DNA of 48,780 bases from assembly GCA_035534975.1 (NCBI GenBank), contig DATLQY010000967.1:1-48780 (forward strand), written 5' to 3'. The DNA comes from Pirellulales bacterium (GTDB taxonomy: Bacteria; Planctomycetota; Planctomycetia; Pirellulales; JAICIG01). Below, one piece after another: positions 34,312 through 44,892 of the stretch; the stretch's first letter is position 1, and each line of letters opens with the position of its first letter. The position numbers and the translations under genes are program-made. Under the pieces are notes generated by a model. The model searched no databases and was not told where the DNA came from. It saw only the letters and a list, made by a program, of their open reading frames with translations.

Positions 34312-37123
34312 CACCGAACGGCTGCGGCTGTTGTTGGCCGACCAACTGCCGGATTCGCTTCAAGTTGAGATGGCCGAACATGTGGCGAGCTGCGAGAGTT
34401 GCCGGCGGACCTTGGAGTCGCTCGCGGGAGACGCGAGGTGGTGGTCGGAAGTGGAGACGTGTCTGCGGTCCGGCGTGGCCCAGGAGCGGCATTCGACAGG
34501 ATCGTCCGCGGTGAATTCCGCGTCGGAGGGCGAAGCGTCCGGATCCGCCGATGAGTTTGGCGTTGATTTCGGCATCGATTTCCTCGACGCATGCGATCGG
34601 GACGGTGCGCTCGGCAGGCTGGGGGAATATGAAATCCTGGAGGTGATCGGCCGCGGCGGAATGGGCGTCGTGTTGAAGGGTTTTCACCGCGAGCTCGGCC
34701 GGTTCGTGGCGGTAAAAGTAATGGCGCCACATCTGGCGTCGAGCGGCGCCGCCCGCCAACGGTTCATCCGTGAGGCCCGAGCGGCGGCGGCCATCGTGCA
34801 TTCGAACGTCATGCCGATTCACTCGGTTTGCACGACGGCCCGCTTGCCGTACCTGGTCATGCCCTTCGCGGCCTGCGAATCGCTGCAACAGCGAATCGAC
34901 CGACAAGGATCCCTGGAATTGAAGGAAATCTTGCGGATCGGCGTACAGGCGGCGTCCGGCCTCGCCGCGGCCCATGCGCAAGGACTCGTGCATCGCGACG
35001 TGAAGCCGGCCAACATCCTGCTGGAGAAAGGGGTCGATCGCGTCCTGCTGACCGATTTCGGTCTGGCGCGTGCGGCCGACGACGGCTCGCTCACGCGCAG
35101 CGGAGTGGTGGCGGGCACGCCGCAGTACATGTCGCCGGAGCAATCCCGCGGCGATCCGACCGATGCTCGCTCGGACCTGTTCAGTCTCGGCAGCGTTTTG
35201 TACGCCGCCGGTGCGGGACACCCGCCGTTTCGCGCTGAAACCGCCCTGGGCGTGCTGCGCCGAATCAGCGATGCCGAGCCGCGGCCCATTCGCGAAGTTA
35301 ATCCCGATGTTCCGGCGTGGCTCGAAGGACTCGTGTGTCGGCTGCACGAGAAGTCGCCCGATCGACGGTTTGGGAGCGCGGCGGAAGTCGCGGGCCTGCT
35401 GGAACAATGCCTGGCTCATGTCCACCAACCGAATGTCGTTCCGCTGCCGGCCTCGTTGGCTCCTACTTCGGCGATTCAACCGAAACGGCGACGAATTTCT
35501 CAACTGAAAGGGACCCTGGCGATGATCGCTTCCATTGGGATCTGTCTGCTTGGATCGTTCTTGTGGCAAGGTTCGGCCAAGCCGCGCCTGGCGGATTTGT
35601 CGTCGACGCGCCTGGGCGAAGACGAGCAAAGTCATGATTCCGTCGCGAAGTCGGGGGTGGTCGATCCAACGCTCCCGGGGCCTCTGGTCGCCACGACACC
35701 GCCCCGGCAATCCGACTCGCAAACTACACCCACGGAACACAAGACCAACGAAGTCGAATTGGAGTTCACCTTCCCCGCCGGAGCGGTGCTCGCTGTGAAT
35801 GATGACGAGTCGCTCACATCGCCGGGGCGCTTGAATCTCGCGTCCCGGGGATTGCACGTGCTCACGCTGAGAAACATCCCCGATCATCCGGAGTTGAAGT
35901 TGACCGTCGTGGTTGCCGTCTGGTCGATCATTCCGGAGACCGAGGCTTATCTGCGGCAGCATCTGGTGCCGCTCAACCTCCTCACGGAGGATATCCAACG
36001 CGCCGCGGCGGGGGATCTCGTCAAGAAGGCGGTCTACTTGCCGCACGCGGACCGTAAACACGCGGAAACGCTCGTCAGCTCGCAACTCGAGCCGGGCGTG
36101 GAACCTGAGGAGGAAGCGTGGCGCCGCGGGCATGTGCTCGTCGGGCTGAAGGTTTTGCCGTATCCCAAGGCCGTTGCCCCCCTGGCGACAAGCTCAACTG
36201 AGCACGCCGCGAACGCCGAGCGGAAGCCGCTCATCCTGATCGGACATGCCGACTGGGTCACCGGCGTGGCGTTCAGCCCGGACGGGAAGTTCGTGGCCTC
36301 GTCGAGTCGCGATAAGACGGTCAAGGTTTGGGAAGCGGCGACGGGGCTGGAGTTGCTCACGTTGAATCGGCAAGTCGACAATGTCAATCAGAGGGGTGAC
36401 GGCTATGTGCAGGCCGTGGCATTCAGCCCCGACGGGAAGAAAGTGGCGTCGGCAGGCCCCGGGAACAATGCCGTTGACGTGTGGAACGTGGTCTCGGGTC
36501 GCCGTGGGCGTTCTCACGTCCGCGAGAGTATATTCATGAGCGTGGCGTTCAGTCCGGCCGGGAGGCTATTGGCCGCGGCGAATTACAATTCGGTCAAAGT
36601 CTGGGACGACGATCAGGACGATCCTGAAGGGAGCAACGAGATCCTCTCGCTCGACGCTAGTATGCCGTTGAGCGTGGCCTTCAGCCTCGATGGGAAGCGG
36701 CTGGCCGCCGGGGGCCGCGACGATAAAATCAAAGTCTGGAACACGGTCACCGGCGAGGAACTGCTCACGGTGCAAAACGCCGACCAGGTCCTCTGCGTTG
36801 CGTTCAGCCCGGATGGAACGCGTCTAGCCTCGGTTTGCCCGACTGGGGTCGACGTGCGCGATGCGACGACCGGCAAGATGGTGCTCATGTTAAATGGACT
36901 GATCGGAATCAGCGGAGTGGCGTACAGTCCGGACGGCAAGCGGTTGGCTACGGCGGGTTGGGACAAGCTGGTGAAACTGTGGGACGCCACGACGGGCCAG
37001 GAACTGCGCGCGCTCAAAGGACATGGTAACGCGGTTGGGGGCGTAGCCTTCAGCCCCGACGGAAAGCGGCTGGCTTCGTCGAGTAAAGATCGGACGGTCA
37101 GGATCTGGGACGTGGCGCCCTGA
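34298..37123 (+). CDS. Anti-sigma (ZAS-type zinc motif) domain fused to a membrane Ser/Thr kinase with an extracytoplasmic seven-bladed WD40 propeller
   Basis: ATG 34298 (MVHCDTERLRLLLADQL) overlaps the sigma gene by 14 nt. HVASCESC (H-x3-C-x2-C) lies at 34379-34402. Kinase motifs: GRGGMGVVLKG, VAVKVM, HRDVKPANILL, DFGLAR, GTPQYMSPEQ. TM segment at ~35510-35566. Seven WD40-like units at 36242-37120 (..VAFSPDGK.., ..VKVWE, ..IKVWN, ..VKLWD, ..VRIWD). The track start at 33887 lies in a different frame from the sigma gene it would overlap, and its translation there is Arg/Gly-rich. Confidence 0.9.
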   Translation: MVHCDTERLRLLLADQLPDSLQVEMAEHVASCESCRRTLESLAGDARWWSEVETCLRSGVAQERHSTGSSAVNSASEGEASGSADEFGVDFGIDFLDACDRDGALGRLGEYEILEVIGRGGMGVVLKGFHRELGRFVAVKVMAPHLASSGAARQRFIREARAAAAIVHSNVMPIHSVCTTARLPYLVMPFAACESLQQRIDRQGSLELKEILRIGVQAASGLAAAHAQGLVHRDVKPANILLEKGVDRVLLTDFGLARAADDGSLTRSGVVAGTPQYMSPEQSRGDPTDARSDLFSLGSVLYAAGAGHPPFRAETALGVLRRISDAEPRPIREVNPDVPAWLEGLVCRLHEKSPDRRFGSAAEVAGLLEQCLAHVHQPNVVPLPASLAPTSAIQPKRRRISQLKGTLAMIASIGICLLGSFLWQGSAKPRLADLSSTRLGEDEQSHDSVAKSGVVDPTLPGPLVATTPPRQSDSQTTPTEHKTNEVELEFTFPAGAVLAVNDDESLTSPGRLNLASRGLHVLTLRNIPDHPELKLTVVVAVWSIIPETEAYLRQHLVPLNLLTEDIQRAAAGDLVKKAVYLPHADRKHAETLVSSQLEPGVEPEEEAWRRGHVLVGLKVLPYPKAVAPLATSSTEHAANAERKPLILIGHADWVTGVAFSPDGKFVASSSRDKTVKVWEAATGLELLTLNRQVDNVNQRGDGYVQAVAFSPDGKKVASAGPGNNAVDVWNVVSGRRGRSHVRESIFMSVAFSPAGRLLAAANYNSVKVWDDDQDDPEGSNEILSLDASMPLSVAFSLDGKRLAAGGRDDKIKVWNTVTGEELLTVQNADQVLCVAFSPDGTRLASVCPTGVDVRDATTGKMVLMLNGLIGISGVAYSPDGKRLATAGWDKLVKLWDATTGQELRALKGHGNAVGGVAFSPDGKRLASSSKDRTVRIWDVAP

Positions 37124-37184
37124 CGGACCACCAGCATCCCGCACGGACGGGAGGGGTGCGATAGCGGTCGAGCTGCGTGGCGGG

Positions 37185-37628
37185 TCATTCTCCCAGTCGT
37201 GTGCGGACCTGTTGCCAGGCATGCCGAACCGTCCGGTCGGCGGCGGCCCGCACGAGTGCCGGGCTGATCGTGGCGACCAGGCCTGACATCCGCTCGATCC
37301 GCGCGGTCCAGGTCAGCCGCGAACCGTCGTCCTCTGCGGCGATTCGCAGTTGCGAGACAATGTGCATGGCGACGCCGATCCCCTGGGCGGCAACATCCAT
37401 CGCGGCCGACTCGCTCGGTTGCAAATCGGCCAGCGTGATCGATAGCTTGAGTGTCCCCCGCAGAAAGGAAAAGCCCGGCTTGACGACGCATTTCAGCGTT
37501 CGCTCGTCGGATCGCTCGGAGGAAACCAGGTCTGGAATCGTGGCGGCCAACTGGTCGAGGTCAGTCAGCAGTGCGAAGAGCCGATCAGGCGGTGCCGTAA
37601 ACGACTCTTCACCGCCGAATTCCGTCAT
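37185..37628 (-). CDS. SRPBCC-superfamily protein (CoxG-like)
   Basis: 147 aa. It is collinear with CoxG-type proteins as I recall them: F.APPDRLFALLTD...L...IP......E..D...L.C.VK..F.FL.G.L..S..L.DL.. Confidence 0.75.
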   Translation of the reverse strand: MTEFGGEESFTAPPDRLFALLTDLDQLAATIPDLVSSERSDERTLKCVVKPGFSFLRGTLKLSITLADLQPSESAAMDVAAQGIGVAMHIVSQLRIAAEDDGSRLTWTARIERMSGLVATISPALVRAAADRTVRHAWQQVRTRLGE

Positions 37629-37666
37629 GGACGCGCTCCGCCACGGGCTTGGCGAATTCCGCTTTG

Positions 37667-38428
37667 CTAGAGATCAAAGCCGTCGTCGGCGCTTGGTTTC
37701 TTGGCCTTCTTCTTCGGCTTCTTTTCCGCCGTCTTCTTGGCCTTTTTCTTCGTGGCGGATTTCTTTCCAACCAGCGGCTTGGCGAGCGTGACCTTGATTT
37801 CATCGGCAAGCACGAAGCCGGGGGTCGCCGCGGCGGCGGCGCCGAAGGCTCGCCGCAACTTGCCCTTGATCTCGATCTTGTCGCCTTCACTCACCAGGCT
37901 CAGGTCGTCGACGTCGAGCGTGATCTCGGGTTTGTCGGCCAGCTTGGCCTTGATGTCCTTAACCGGGGTGGCGACCAGCAATTCGCCCTTCTTGAAGCTC
38001 TTCAGTCTGCCAATGATGAGGTAGTTCACCGGGCCTTTCTTTTCCAGCTCCTCGAGTTCCTCTTCCGGCTGGATATCGGGTTCACACCTCAGTTGGTTGT
38101 TCTCCGACAGCACGACGATGGCCAGTTTGGAGACGTCCTCCTTTACGTTGCCCTTCTTGTCGAGCTTGGCCTCGAATCGCACGAACAGCCCACCCTTCAA
38201 AAACTCCGGCTCGGCCGTACCCGCCACCGTAACGCTGCACTTCATCGGATTCGTTTGCACCAAAACTCGATTATTCTTGGCATCGGTCACGAACAGGCCC
38301 GTGTCACTCACGCCCGTGACCGTACCTTCTTCCTGGTAGTCGTCTTGTTGTGCAAACAAGGGGACGCACGACATGGCCAGCGATACGCCGGCGAAGACGG
38401 AAACGACCGAACGGGTGCGGCGCGACAT
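37667..38428 (-). CDS. Secreted hypothetical protein with a Lys-rich C-terminal tail
   Basis: Signal: MSRRTRSVVSVFAGVSLAMSCVPLFAQQ. Beta-rich body. Tail: GKKSATKKKAKKTAEKKPKKKAKKPSADDGFDL. It lies 38 nt upstream of the SRPBCC gene on the same strand. Confidence 0.7.
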   Translation of the reverse strand: MSRRTRSVVSVFAGVSLAMSCVPLFAQQDDYQEEGTVTGVSDTGLFVTDAKNNRVLVQTNPMKCSVTVAGTAEPEFLKGGLFVRFEAKLDKKGNVKEDVSKLAIVVLSENNQLRCEPDIQPEEELEELEKKGPVNYLIIGRLKSFKKGELLVATPVKDIKAKLADKPEITLDVDDLSLVSEGDKIEIKGKLRRAFGAAAAATPGFVLADEIKVTLAKPLVGKKSATKKKAKKTAEKKPKKKAKKPSADDGFDL

Positions 38429-38629
38429 ACGAGTGGCCTCCTCGGTTCCTTCAATGGGCTCGGGCAGCAGTTCTGAACGCTTTCAGGATACCACGTTCGT
38501 CGCGCGCGTGCAAAGCGGTCGCGCATCCACATTTTCCGCCATGATGTACCTATATAACGGTACGGCTATGGCTCCTTGGAAATCTACCCCACGGTTGCCA
38601 TTCGAGCCACAAATCGCCACAATGCGGAC

Positions 38630-39445
38630 ATGACGCTCGACCAACCTTCGATCACCGTGCCGCAGATTTCCGTGCCGCAGTTCACCGCGTTCAAGGCGGC
38701 CGGCCGGAAAATAAGCATGCTGACCGCCTACGACTTTACCTTGGCCGGCCTGCTCGACGCGTCCGGAATCGAGGGGATTCTCGTGGGCGACAGCCTGTCG
38801 ATGGTCGTGCAGGGCCACCCCAACACACTGCACGTGACGCTCGACCAGATCATCTACCATGCCGAAATGGTGGGCCGCGCCGTACGGCACGCTTTGTTGG
38901 TCGTCGATATGCCGTTCCCTTGCGGTCACCTGGGGCGACGCGATTCGGTGGCCAGCGCAGGCCGCATTCTCAAGGAAACGCGCTGCCAGGCGGTCAAGCT
39001 CGAAGGGGGTGTCGAGCAAGCCGAAACGATCGCCGCCCTGGTCTCGGCCGGTATTCCGGTAATGGCCCATTGCGGATTGCGTCCGCAAAGCGTCCACCAG
39101 TTGGGGGGCTACAAGGTGCAACGCGACGCCGAGCGGCTACTGGCCGATGCTCGGGCCGCCGAACAGGCCGGGGCCTTCGCCATGGTGCTCGAATGCATCC
39201 CCGTCGAACTGGCGTCGCAAATCACGGCGGCCGTGTCCGTACCTACGATCGGCATCGGCGCCGGAGCGGGCTGCGACGGCCAGGTGCTGGTGACCCACGA
39301 CATGCTCGGTCTGACCGATGGTTACGTGCCACGCTTCGCCAAGGCCTACGCCGACCTGCGGGGTACGATCATCCAGGCCGTCACGCGTTACCGCGATGAG
39401 GTCCGACAGGGTGAGTTTCCGGACACGAAGCGAACCTTCAAGTGA
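38630..39445 (+). CDS. panB: 3-methyl-2-oxobutanoate hydroxymethyltransferase (ketopantoate hydroxymethyltransferase)
   Basis: Motifs: KISMLTAYDFTLAGLLDASGIEGILVGDSLSMVVQGH.., AVKLEGG, IPVMAHCGLRPQS, GGYKVQ, AFAMVLECIP, VPTIGIGAG..CDGQVLV.HD.LG. ATG 38630 (MTLDQPS) is the preferred start; 38576 is the alternative. Confidence 0.92.
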   Translation: MTLDQPSITVPQISVPQFTAFKAAGRKISMLTAYDFTLAGLLDASGIEGILVGDSLSMVVQGHPNTLHVTLDQIIYHAEMVGRAVRHALLVVDMPFPCGHLGRRDSVASAGRILKETRCQAVKLEGGVEQAETIAALVSAGIPVMAHCGLRPQSVHQLGGYKVQRDAERLLADARAAEQAGAFAMVLECIPVELASQITAAVSVPTIGIGAGAGCDGQVLVTHDMLGLTDGYVPRFAKAYADLRGTIIQAVTRYRDEVRQGEFPDTKRTFK

Positions 39446-39487
39446 CTTCCGACTTCCCACCTCCGACCTCGGACTTTCCCCGCACCG

Positions 39488-41542
39488 ATGCCCAATCGTC
39501 TCGCTCGCGAAACCAGCCCGTACTTGCTGCAGCACGCCAACAACCCTGTCGACTGGAACCCCTGGGGACCAGAGGCGATCGAGCGGGCCAAGGCAGAACA
39601 GAAGCCGATCTTCCTTTCAATCGGCTATTCCGCCTGCCATTGGTGCCATGTGATGGAGCACGAGAGCTTTGAGAACGAAGCAATCGCGCGCGCGTTGAAC
39701 GAGGGATTCGTGCCCATCAAGGTCGATCGCGAGGAACGGCCCGACCTCGACCAGATCTACATGCAGGCCGTCCAAATGATGACCGGCCGCGGCGGCTGGC
39801 CGATGTCGATGTTCCTGACACCCGATCTGGAGCCGTTCTACGGCGGCACGTACTGGCCGCCAACAGGGCGAATGGGCATGCCAGGCTTCGACCAGGTGCT
39901 GGCGGCGGTTTCGGAAGCCTGGCTCCAGCGGCGTGACGTGGTGCGCAATCAGGCCGCGCAACTTACCGCCGAGTTGCAAAAAACGGCCAGTCTTGGGCAG
40001 GCGGCGGGCAAGCTTTCGCTTGAACCCCTCATCGCGGCCGAAGCGGCGCTCGAGCGAATCTTCGACCATCGGCATGGCGGTTTCGGCACCGCCCCCAAGT
40101 TCCCGCACCCAATGGATCTGCGTGTGTTATTGCGGCTTTGGCGGCGCGCGCCTCGCGACGAACTGATCGGGCTCGTGTCGCTCACACTCGACAAAATGGC
40201 CGCGGGCGGTATCTATGACCAGCTTGGAGGCGGTTTCCACCGCTACTCGGTCGACGAGCGCTGGCTGGTGCCGCATTTCGAGAAAATGCTCTACGACAAC
40301 GCGCTTTTGGCGGGTTGCTACCTCGAAGCGTACCAGGCGACGGGCCGCGACGACTATGCTCGCGTCACCCGCGAAACGCTCGACTACGTGCTCCGCGAGA
40401 TGACCGGACCCGACGGAGGCTTTTACAGCACGCAGGACGCCGACAGCGAAGGAGAAGAAGGAAAGTTCTACGTCTGGATTCCGGACGAAGTTCGTGAGGT
40501 GCTCGGCGAGGCGGCGTCCAAGACTTTCTGCTACGTCTACGACGTCAGCCCGGAGGGGAACTTCGAAGGACGGAACATTCTCAATCTCCCCAAGACGCTC
40601 GCCCAGTGCGCGAAAATCCTCGACCGCGACGCGGCCGATCTGGCGGCCGAGTTGGCACTGGGCCGTGGGAAGTTGCTGGCAGTCCGCGGCCGGCGCGTCT
40701 GGCCCAGCTTGGACGACAAGGTGCTCGTGAGCTGGAATGGGCTGATGATCGACTCCTTGGCGCAGGCGGCGGGCGTATTTAGCGAGCCTCGCTACTTGGC
40801 GGCCGCGACGGCGGCCGCGGAGTTCATTTCCAAGAACCTGCGCCGCGGCGACGGCCGGCTCTTGCATTCGTGGCGCGCCGGCCGGGCGCGGTTCGACGCC
40901 TATCTCGATGACTATGCCTGCCTGGCCAATTCGCTGGTAAGCCTTTACGAGGCCGGCTTCGACGAACATTGGATCGACCTGGCCGTCGAGCTCGCCGACG
41001 TGATGTTGGCCCAGTTTGCCGACGCCGACCTTGGCGGCTTCTTCTACACCGCCGCCGATCACGAGACGCTGATCACGCGGCCAAAGGAGGTACACGACAG
41101 TTCGACCCCAAGCGGCAACGCGATGGCGGCCACGGCGCTGTTGCGGCTGGGCAAGCTCTGCGGCCGGGCCGATTACCTGGCGGCCGCGGGACGAACTCTC
41201 GCTACGTTCAGCGAGGTGATGTCGCGCCATCCGACCGCCGCCGGGCAGCTCCTGATCGCACTCGATTTCGAGATTGGCCCCTCCCCGGAACTGGTGCTCA
41301 TGGCTCCCGCGAGCGACACGGACGTTGCGGCGGTGCTGGTCGAGCTACGGCGGCGTTACTTGCCCAACAAGGTCGTCGCCCGGCGCCCGGGTTCCGCGTC
41401 GTCGTCGCGGCTCGATGCGATTTTCGCGGGCAAGCCGGTCCCGGCGTCGGGCGTCGCGCTTTACGTCTGCCGCGATTTCACTTGTCAAGTGCCGGCGGTA
41501 GGCCGCGAGGCGGTCGTCGGCGCGTTGGATGCACTCGAATGA
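39488..41542 (+). CDS. Thioredoxin-domain (DUF255) protein of the YyaL/SSP411 type, with an (alpha/alpha)6-like C-terminal domain
   Basis: Motifs: [99 protein letters not shown]. Confidence 0.9.
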   Translation: MPNRLARETSPYLLQHANNPVDWNPWGPEAIERAKAEQKPIFLSIGYSACHWCHVMEHESFENEAIARALNEGFVPIKVDREERPDLDQIYMQAVQMMTGRGGWPMSMFLTPDLEPFYGGTYWPPTGRMGMPGFDQVLAAVSEAWLQRRDVVRNQAAQLTAELQKTASLGQAAGKLSLEPLIAAEAALERIFDHRHGGFGTAPKFPHPMDLRVLLRLWRRAPRDELIGLVSLTLDKMAAGGIYDQLGGGFHRYSVDERWLVPHFEKMLYDNALLAGCYLEAYQATGRDDYARVTRETLDYVLREMTGPDGGFYSTQDADSEGEEGKFYVWIPDEVREVLGEAASKTFCYVYDVSPEGNFEGRNILNLPKTLAQCAKILDRDAADLAAELALGRGKLLAVRGRRVWPSLDDKVLVSWNGLMIDSLAQAAGVFSEPRYLAAATAAAEFISKNLRRGDGRLLHSWRAGRARFDAYLDDYACLANSLVSLYEAGFDEHWIDLAVELADVMLAQFADADLGGFFYTAADHETLITRPKEVHDSSTPSGNAMAATALLRLGKLCGRADYLAAAGRTLATFSEVMSRHPTAAGQLLIALDFEIGPSPELVLMAPASDTDVAAVLVELRRRYLPNKVVARRPGSASSSRLDAIFAGKPVPASGVALYVCRDFTCQVPAVGREAVVGALDALE

Positions 41543-41726
41543 ACGTCCGGCACCTTACCGGATGCACCGGGGTGGCGGCTGGCTCCTCGACGCCGCGATC
41601 TGCCGGGCGGCGATGCGCTCCGGGCACGGGGTGAAACAAGATTCGCCATCGAGTACAATCAGCCGCGGTGGTGCGCAAATGTGACATGACGTCGTCATTC
41701 GGATCGTCCGCATACGCGAACCAAGC

Positions 41727-44700
41727 ATGAACGACAAAGAACCGCTGGGAGTGACGCGAGCCTTCACAGCGTCAGACGAGGCCCCTCCTGCTGATGCCGC
41801 GCCGCCGAGTCTTCCAGCCAGGATCGGGCGCTACAAGGTTCAACTTCTGCTGGGCCAGGGAGGATTTGGCCTCGTCTTTCTGGCCCACGATGAACAGCTT
41901 GACCGGCGGGTAGCGGTCAAAGTGCCGCACGCCAGGCTCGTATCCCGCCCTGAAGACGCGCAGGCGTACCTGGCGGAGGCCCGCACCGTGGCCAACCTGG
42001 ACCATCCGCACATCGTGCCAGTCTACGACATTGGCAGCACGGATGAGTTCCCCTGCTATGTGGTCTCCAAGTACATCGAGGGAGCCGACCTCTCGGCAAC
42101 GCTCAAGAAGTTTCGTCTGTCAAGCGCGCAAGCGGCTGAACTGGTGGCGACGGTGGCCGAAGCCTTGCACTACGCCCATAAGCAAGGGCTCGTTCATCGG
42201 GATGTGAAGCCGGGAAACATCCTGCTGGACAAAAATGGCCAGCCGTTCGTGGTCGATTTCGGGCTGGCGCTGCGGGAACAGGATCTGGGCAAGGGGCCGA
42301 AGCACGCCGGTACGCCCGCCTACATGAGTCCAGAACAGGCTCGTGGCGAAGGCCATCGAGTCGATGGCCGCAGTGACATCTTCAGCCTGGGCGTGGTCTT
42401 TTATGAATTGTTGGTCGGGCGAAGGCCATTCACGGGCAACAGCCAGGAAGAATTGCGGGAGCAGGTAACGACTCACGAACCTCGCCCGCCCAGGCAGCAC
42501 GACGACAAGATCCACAAGGAGTTGGAGCGGATTTGCCAGAAGGCGCTGGCCAAGCGAGCCTCCGAGCGCTACTCGACGGCGAAGGACCTGGCGGACGACC
42601 TGCGGCACTGGATGGGGGAGCAAGCGACAGGCGATCGGCGTCAGGCTTTCGGCGCGGAACGGATCAGGGAGCCGCCGGCGGTCGCGTTGACCCCTGCCTT
42701 CGAAATCCTTACGCCCAAAGCCAATCGCCTGACGCCTCCAGCCTCCGAGAGCCAGCCGATCATGATCGTGCCGAAGGGCTTGCGTTCGTTCGACGAGCAC
42801 GACGCGGACTTCTTCCTCGAATTGTTGCCCGGTCCCCGCGATCGAGACGGCTTGCCCGACAGTCTGAGGTTCTGGAAGACCAAGATCGAGGAAACCGACG
42901 CCGACAAGACATTCCCGGTGGGCTTGATCTACGGACCATCGGGCTGCGGCAAATCGTCGCTGGTGAAAGCAGGCTTGTTGCCTCGTCTGTCCACAGACGT
43001 GATCGCCGTCTACATCGATGCTACCGCCGAGGAAACAGAGGCTCGCCTGCTGAATGGTCTGCGCAAACGCAGTGGTTGGCCGAGGCGTGGCTGGACCCCA
43101 GCCAGTACGAGCCGCTGCTCGAGGCATTCTCGCCCCTGGCCAACCTGTTGCTCGCTCCCCTGGGCGCCGTGTTCCGTGATCAGCAGCGCAACGCCACCGA
43201 GCGCGACCTGGCCGCGAGCATCCTCGCGCAATACGCCGCCAACAGCCCGGCCACGCTGGCGGAGCTGGTGGTCGACGCCGAGGGGGAGCAGTTCCTCAAT
43301 CTCTTTCCGGTCCTGCAGAAGCAGGGCGATGCCGCGGCGCGAGAGATTCTACAGGGCCTGGTGCGCACACATCCCGACGCCGATCTGCCCCAAATGGCGC
43401 GCCTGGCCTTGGGCCGGCGCAGGGCCGGCGCCGCCATCGCACTGCTGAAGCAAGGCGGACGTGAAGCGATTTTCGACGCGCTGCGCGGGGATACTGGCGG
43501 CGGGCTGCGCGGTGACGATCCCGAAGCCCGAACGCAATTCATCCACCGCTGCCGCGCCCGCGGCGTCGCGCCGGCGGAGCTGCTCGATTGCGTGACGCGC
43601 GCCGAGACGGTACGGCAGACCAAGACGGGCGCCGCGCGGTGGACCGACGATGGCGTGTTGTTCGGCTTGCTCTTGGCGCTGGGCGAGTTCGATTTGACCG
43701 ACTTGCCAGAGGCCCATCGCGGTGCCTTTGTCGAGCAACTGGCCAATTGGTACGGCAGTGACCCAAGTTCCGCCATTCACGGCGCGACAGGCTGGCTCTT
43801 GCGCCGTTGGAAGAATGACGCGCTGGCAAGAAAGGTCGACCAAACGCCCCTGGCGTACGCTCCTGATCGCCAGTGGTACACCCAGCGGTTCGTGGTTCCG
43901 CCTACTTGCGGTGCCTCCAACGTCGGCAGGAATTCCTCGTTAACCCCATCGCCTACGCCGCATGAAGGCGGAACCACGGACATCCACATCACGTTCGTGG
44001 TCTTTCCGGCGGGCGAGTACCTGATTGGCTCGGCGCCCGATGAGGCGGATCGACAGGCGGACGAACGATTGCATCGCGTCAAGCTGATGCGCCCGCTCGC
44101 CGTCGGAGATCGTGAAATCACATGGGAACAAATTCGCTCCTTTGATGGTGCTAACAATACCAATCGTCACGACGCCTGGGAAAAGCAGCTCTCGCGGCAA
44201 CTTTCCCGGGAGGAACCGGCGTTCGGCGTGAGCTGGTTCGAAGCGGTCAGCTACTGCCGGTGGCTGACCGAGCAGGCGCACATGCCGGAATCTGACCAAT
44301 GCTATGTCGATCCCCAGACGCTGGCCAAGGACGCCGAGGGCAACCCGAAGGATTGGCCTCGATCGGAGGGGTATTCGATTGCCGACGGAAGCCGAATGGG
44401 AAGTGGTCTGCCGCGGTGGAACGAACACGGCATATTCGTTCGGCAACGAAGTGCAACTCCTGGGACGTTATGGCTGGTTTTTGGAAAACTCCGAAAAGCG
44501 GTCGCATGCCGTGGGCCAACTGCGGCCAAGCGTGCGTGGCTTGTTTGATCTTCATGGAAATCTGTTCGAGTGGTGTTACGATTGGTACAGCGGGTACGCG
44601 GGTGACGCAGTTGAAGGCGTCCCTGGCGAAGATCCGACCGGCTCGCCCCAGGGCTCGATCCGGGTGTACCGGGGCGGCGGCTGGAACTACGGCGCCGCGG

Positions 44701-44852
44701 ACTGCCGGTCGGCGTACCGCGAGAACTCCCGGCCCACGCGCCGCATCAACTACCTGGGCATCCGTGTTGCCGCATTTCCGTTCAGCCAAGCAAGCGAGTC
44801 AGCAAAAGAAGGTGCGAGAGAAGCCGGGAGCGAAAGCCGGGAGGCCGACTAG
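41727..44852 (+). pseudogene. Frame-broken Ser/Thr kinase gene: kinase, then a P-loop (nSTAND-like Walker A) stub, a HEAT-like region and an FGE-sulfatase-like domain, spread over three reading frames
   Basis: Frame 1 (from 41727): GQGGFGLVFLA, VAVKV, HRDVKPGNILL, DFGLAL, GTPAYMSPEQ, DADFFLELLPGP.., LIYGPSGCGKSSLVKAGLLPRL (42933-42959). It stays sensible up to ..EARLLNGLRKR (~43070) and then turns Arg/Trp/Ser/Pro-rich. Frame 2 is sensible from ~43073 (WLAEAWLDPSQYEPLL..) through FVVFPAGEYLIGSAP, WFEAVSYCRWLTEQ to ~44350. Frame 3 continues from ~44360: IRLPTEAEWEVVCRGGT, GLFDLHGNLFEWC, YRGGGW, LGIRVA, with the stop at 44852. Confidence 0.7.
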
Positions 44853-44892
44853 CAGCTCGTCAATCCTGTGGCTTGGTCGGCGTACATCTGGA

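Noticed and set aside
43065-44370. Programmed ribosomal frameshifting to explain the three-frame kinase
   Set aside because: I see no slippery heptamer or downstream structure at either switch. The first switch also coincides with an apparent loss of domain sequence, so decay or sequencing error is simpler.
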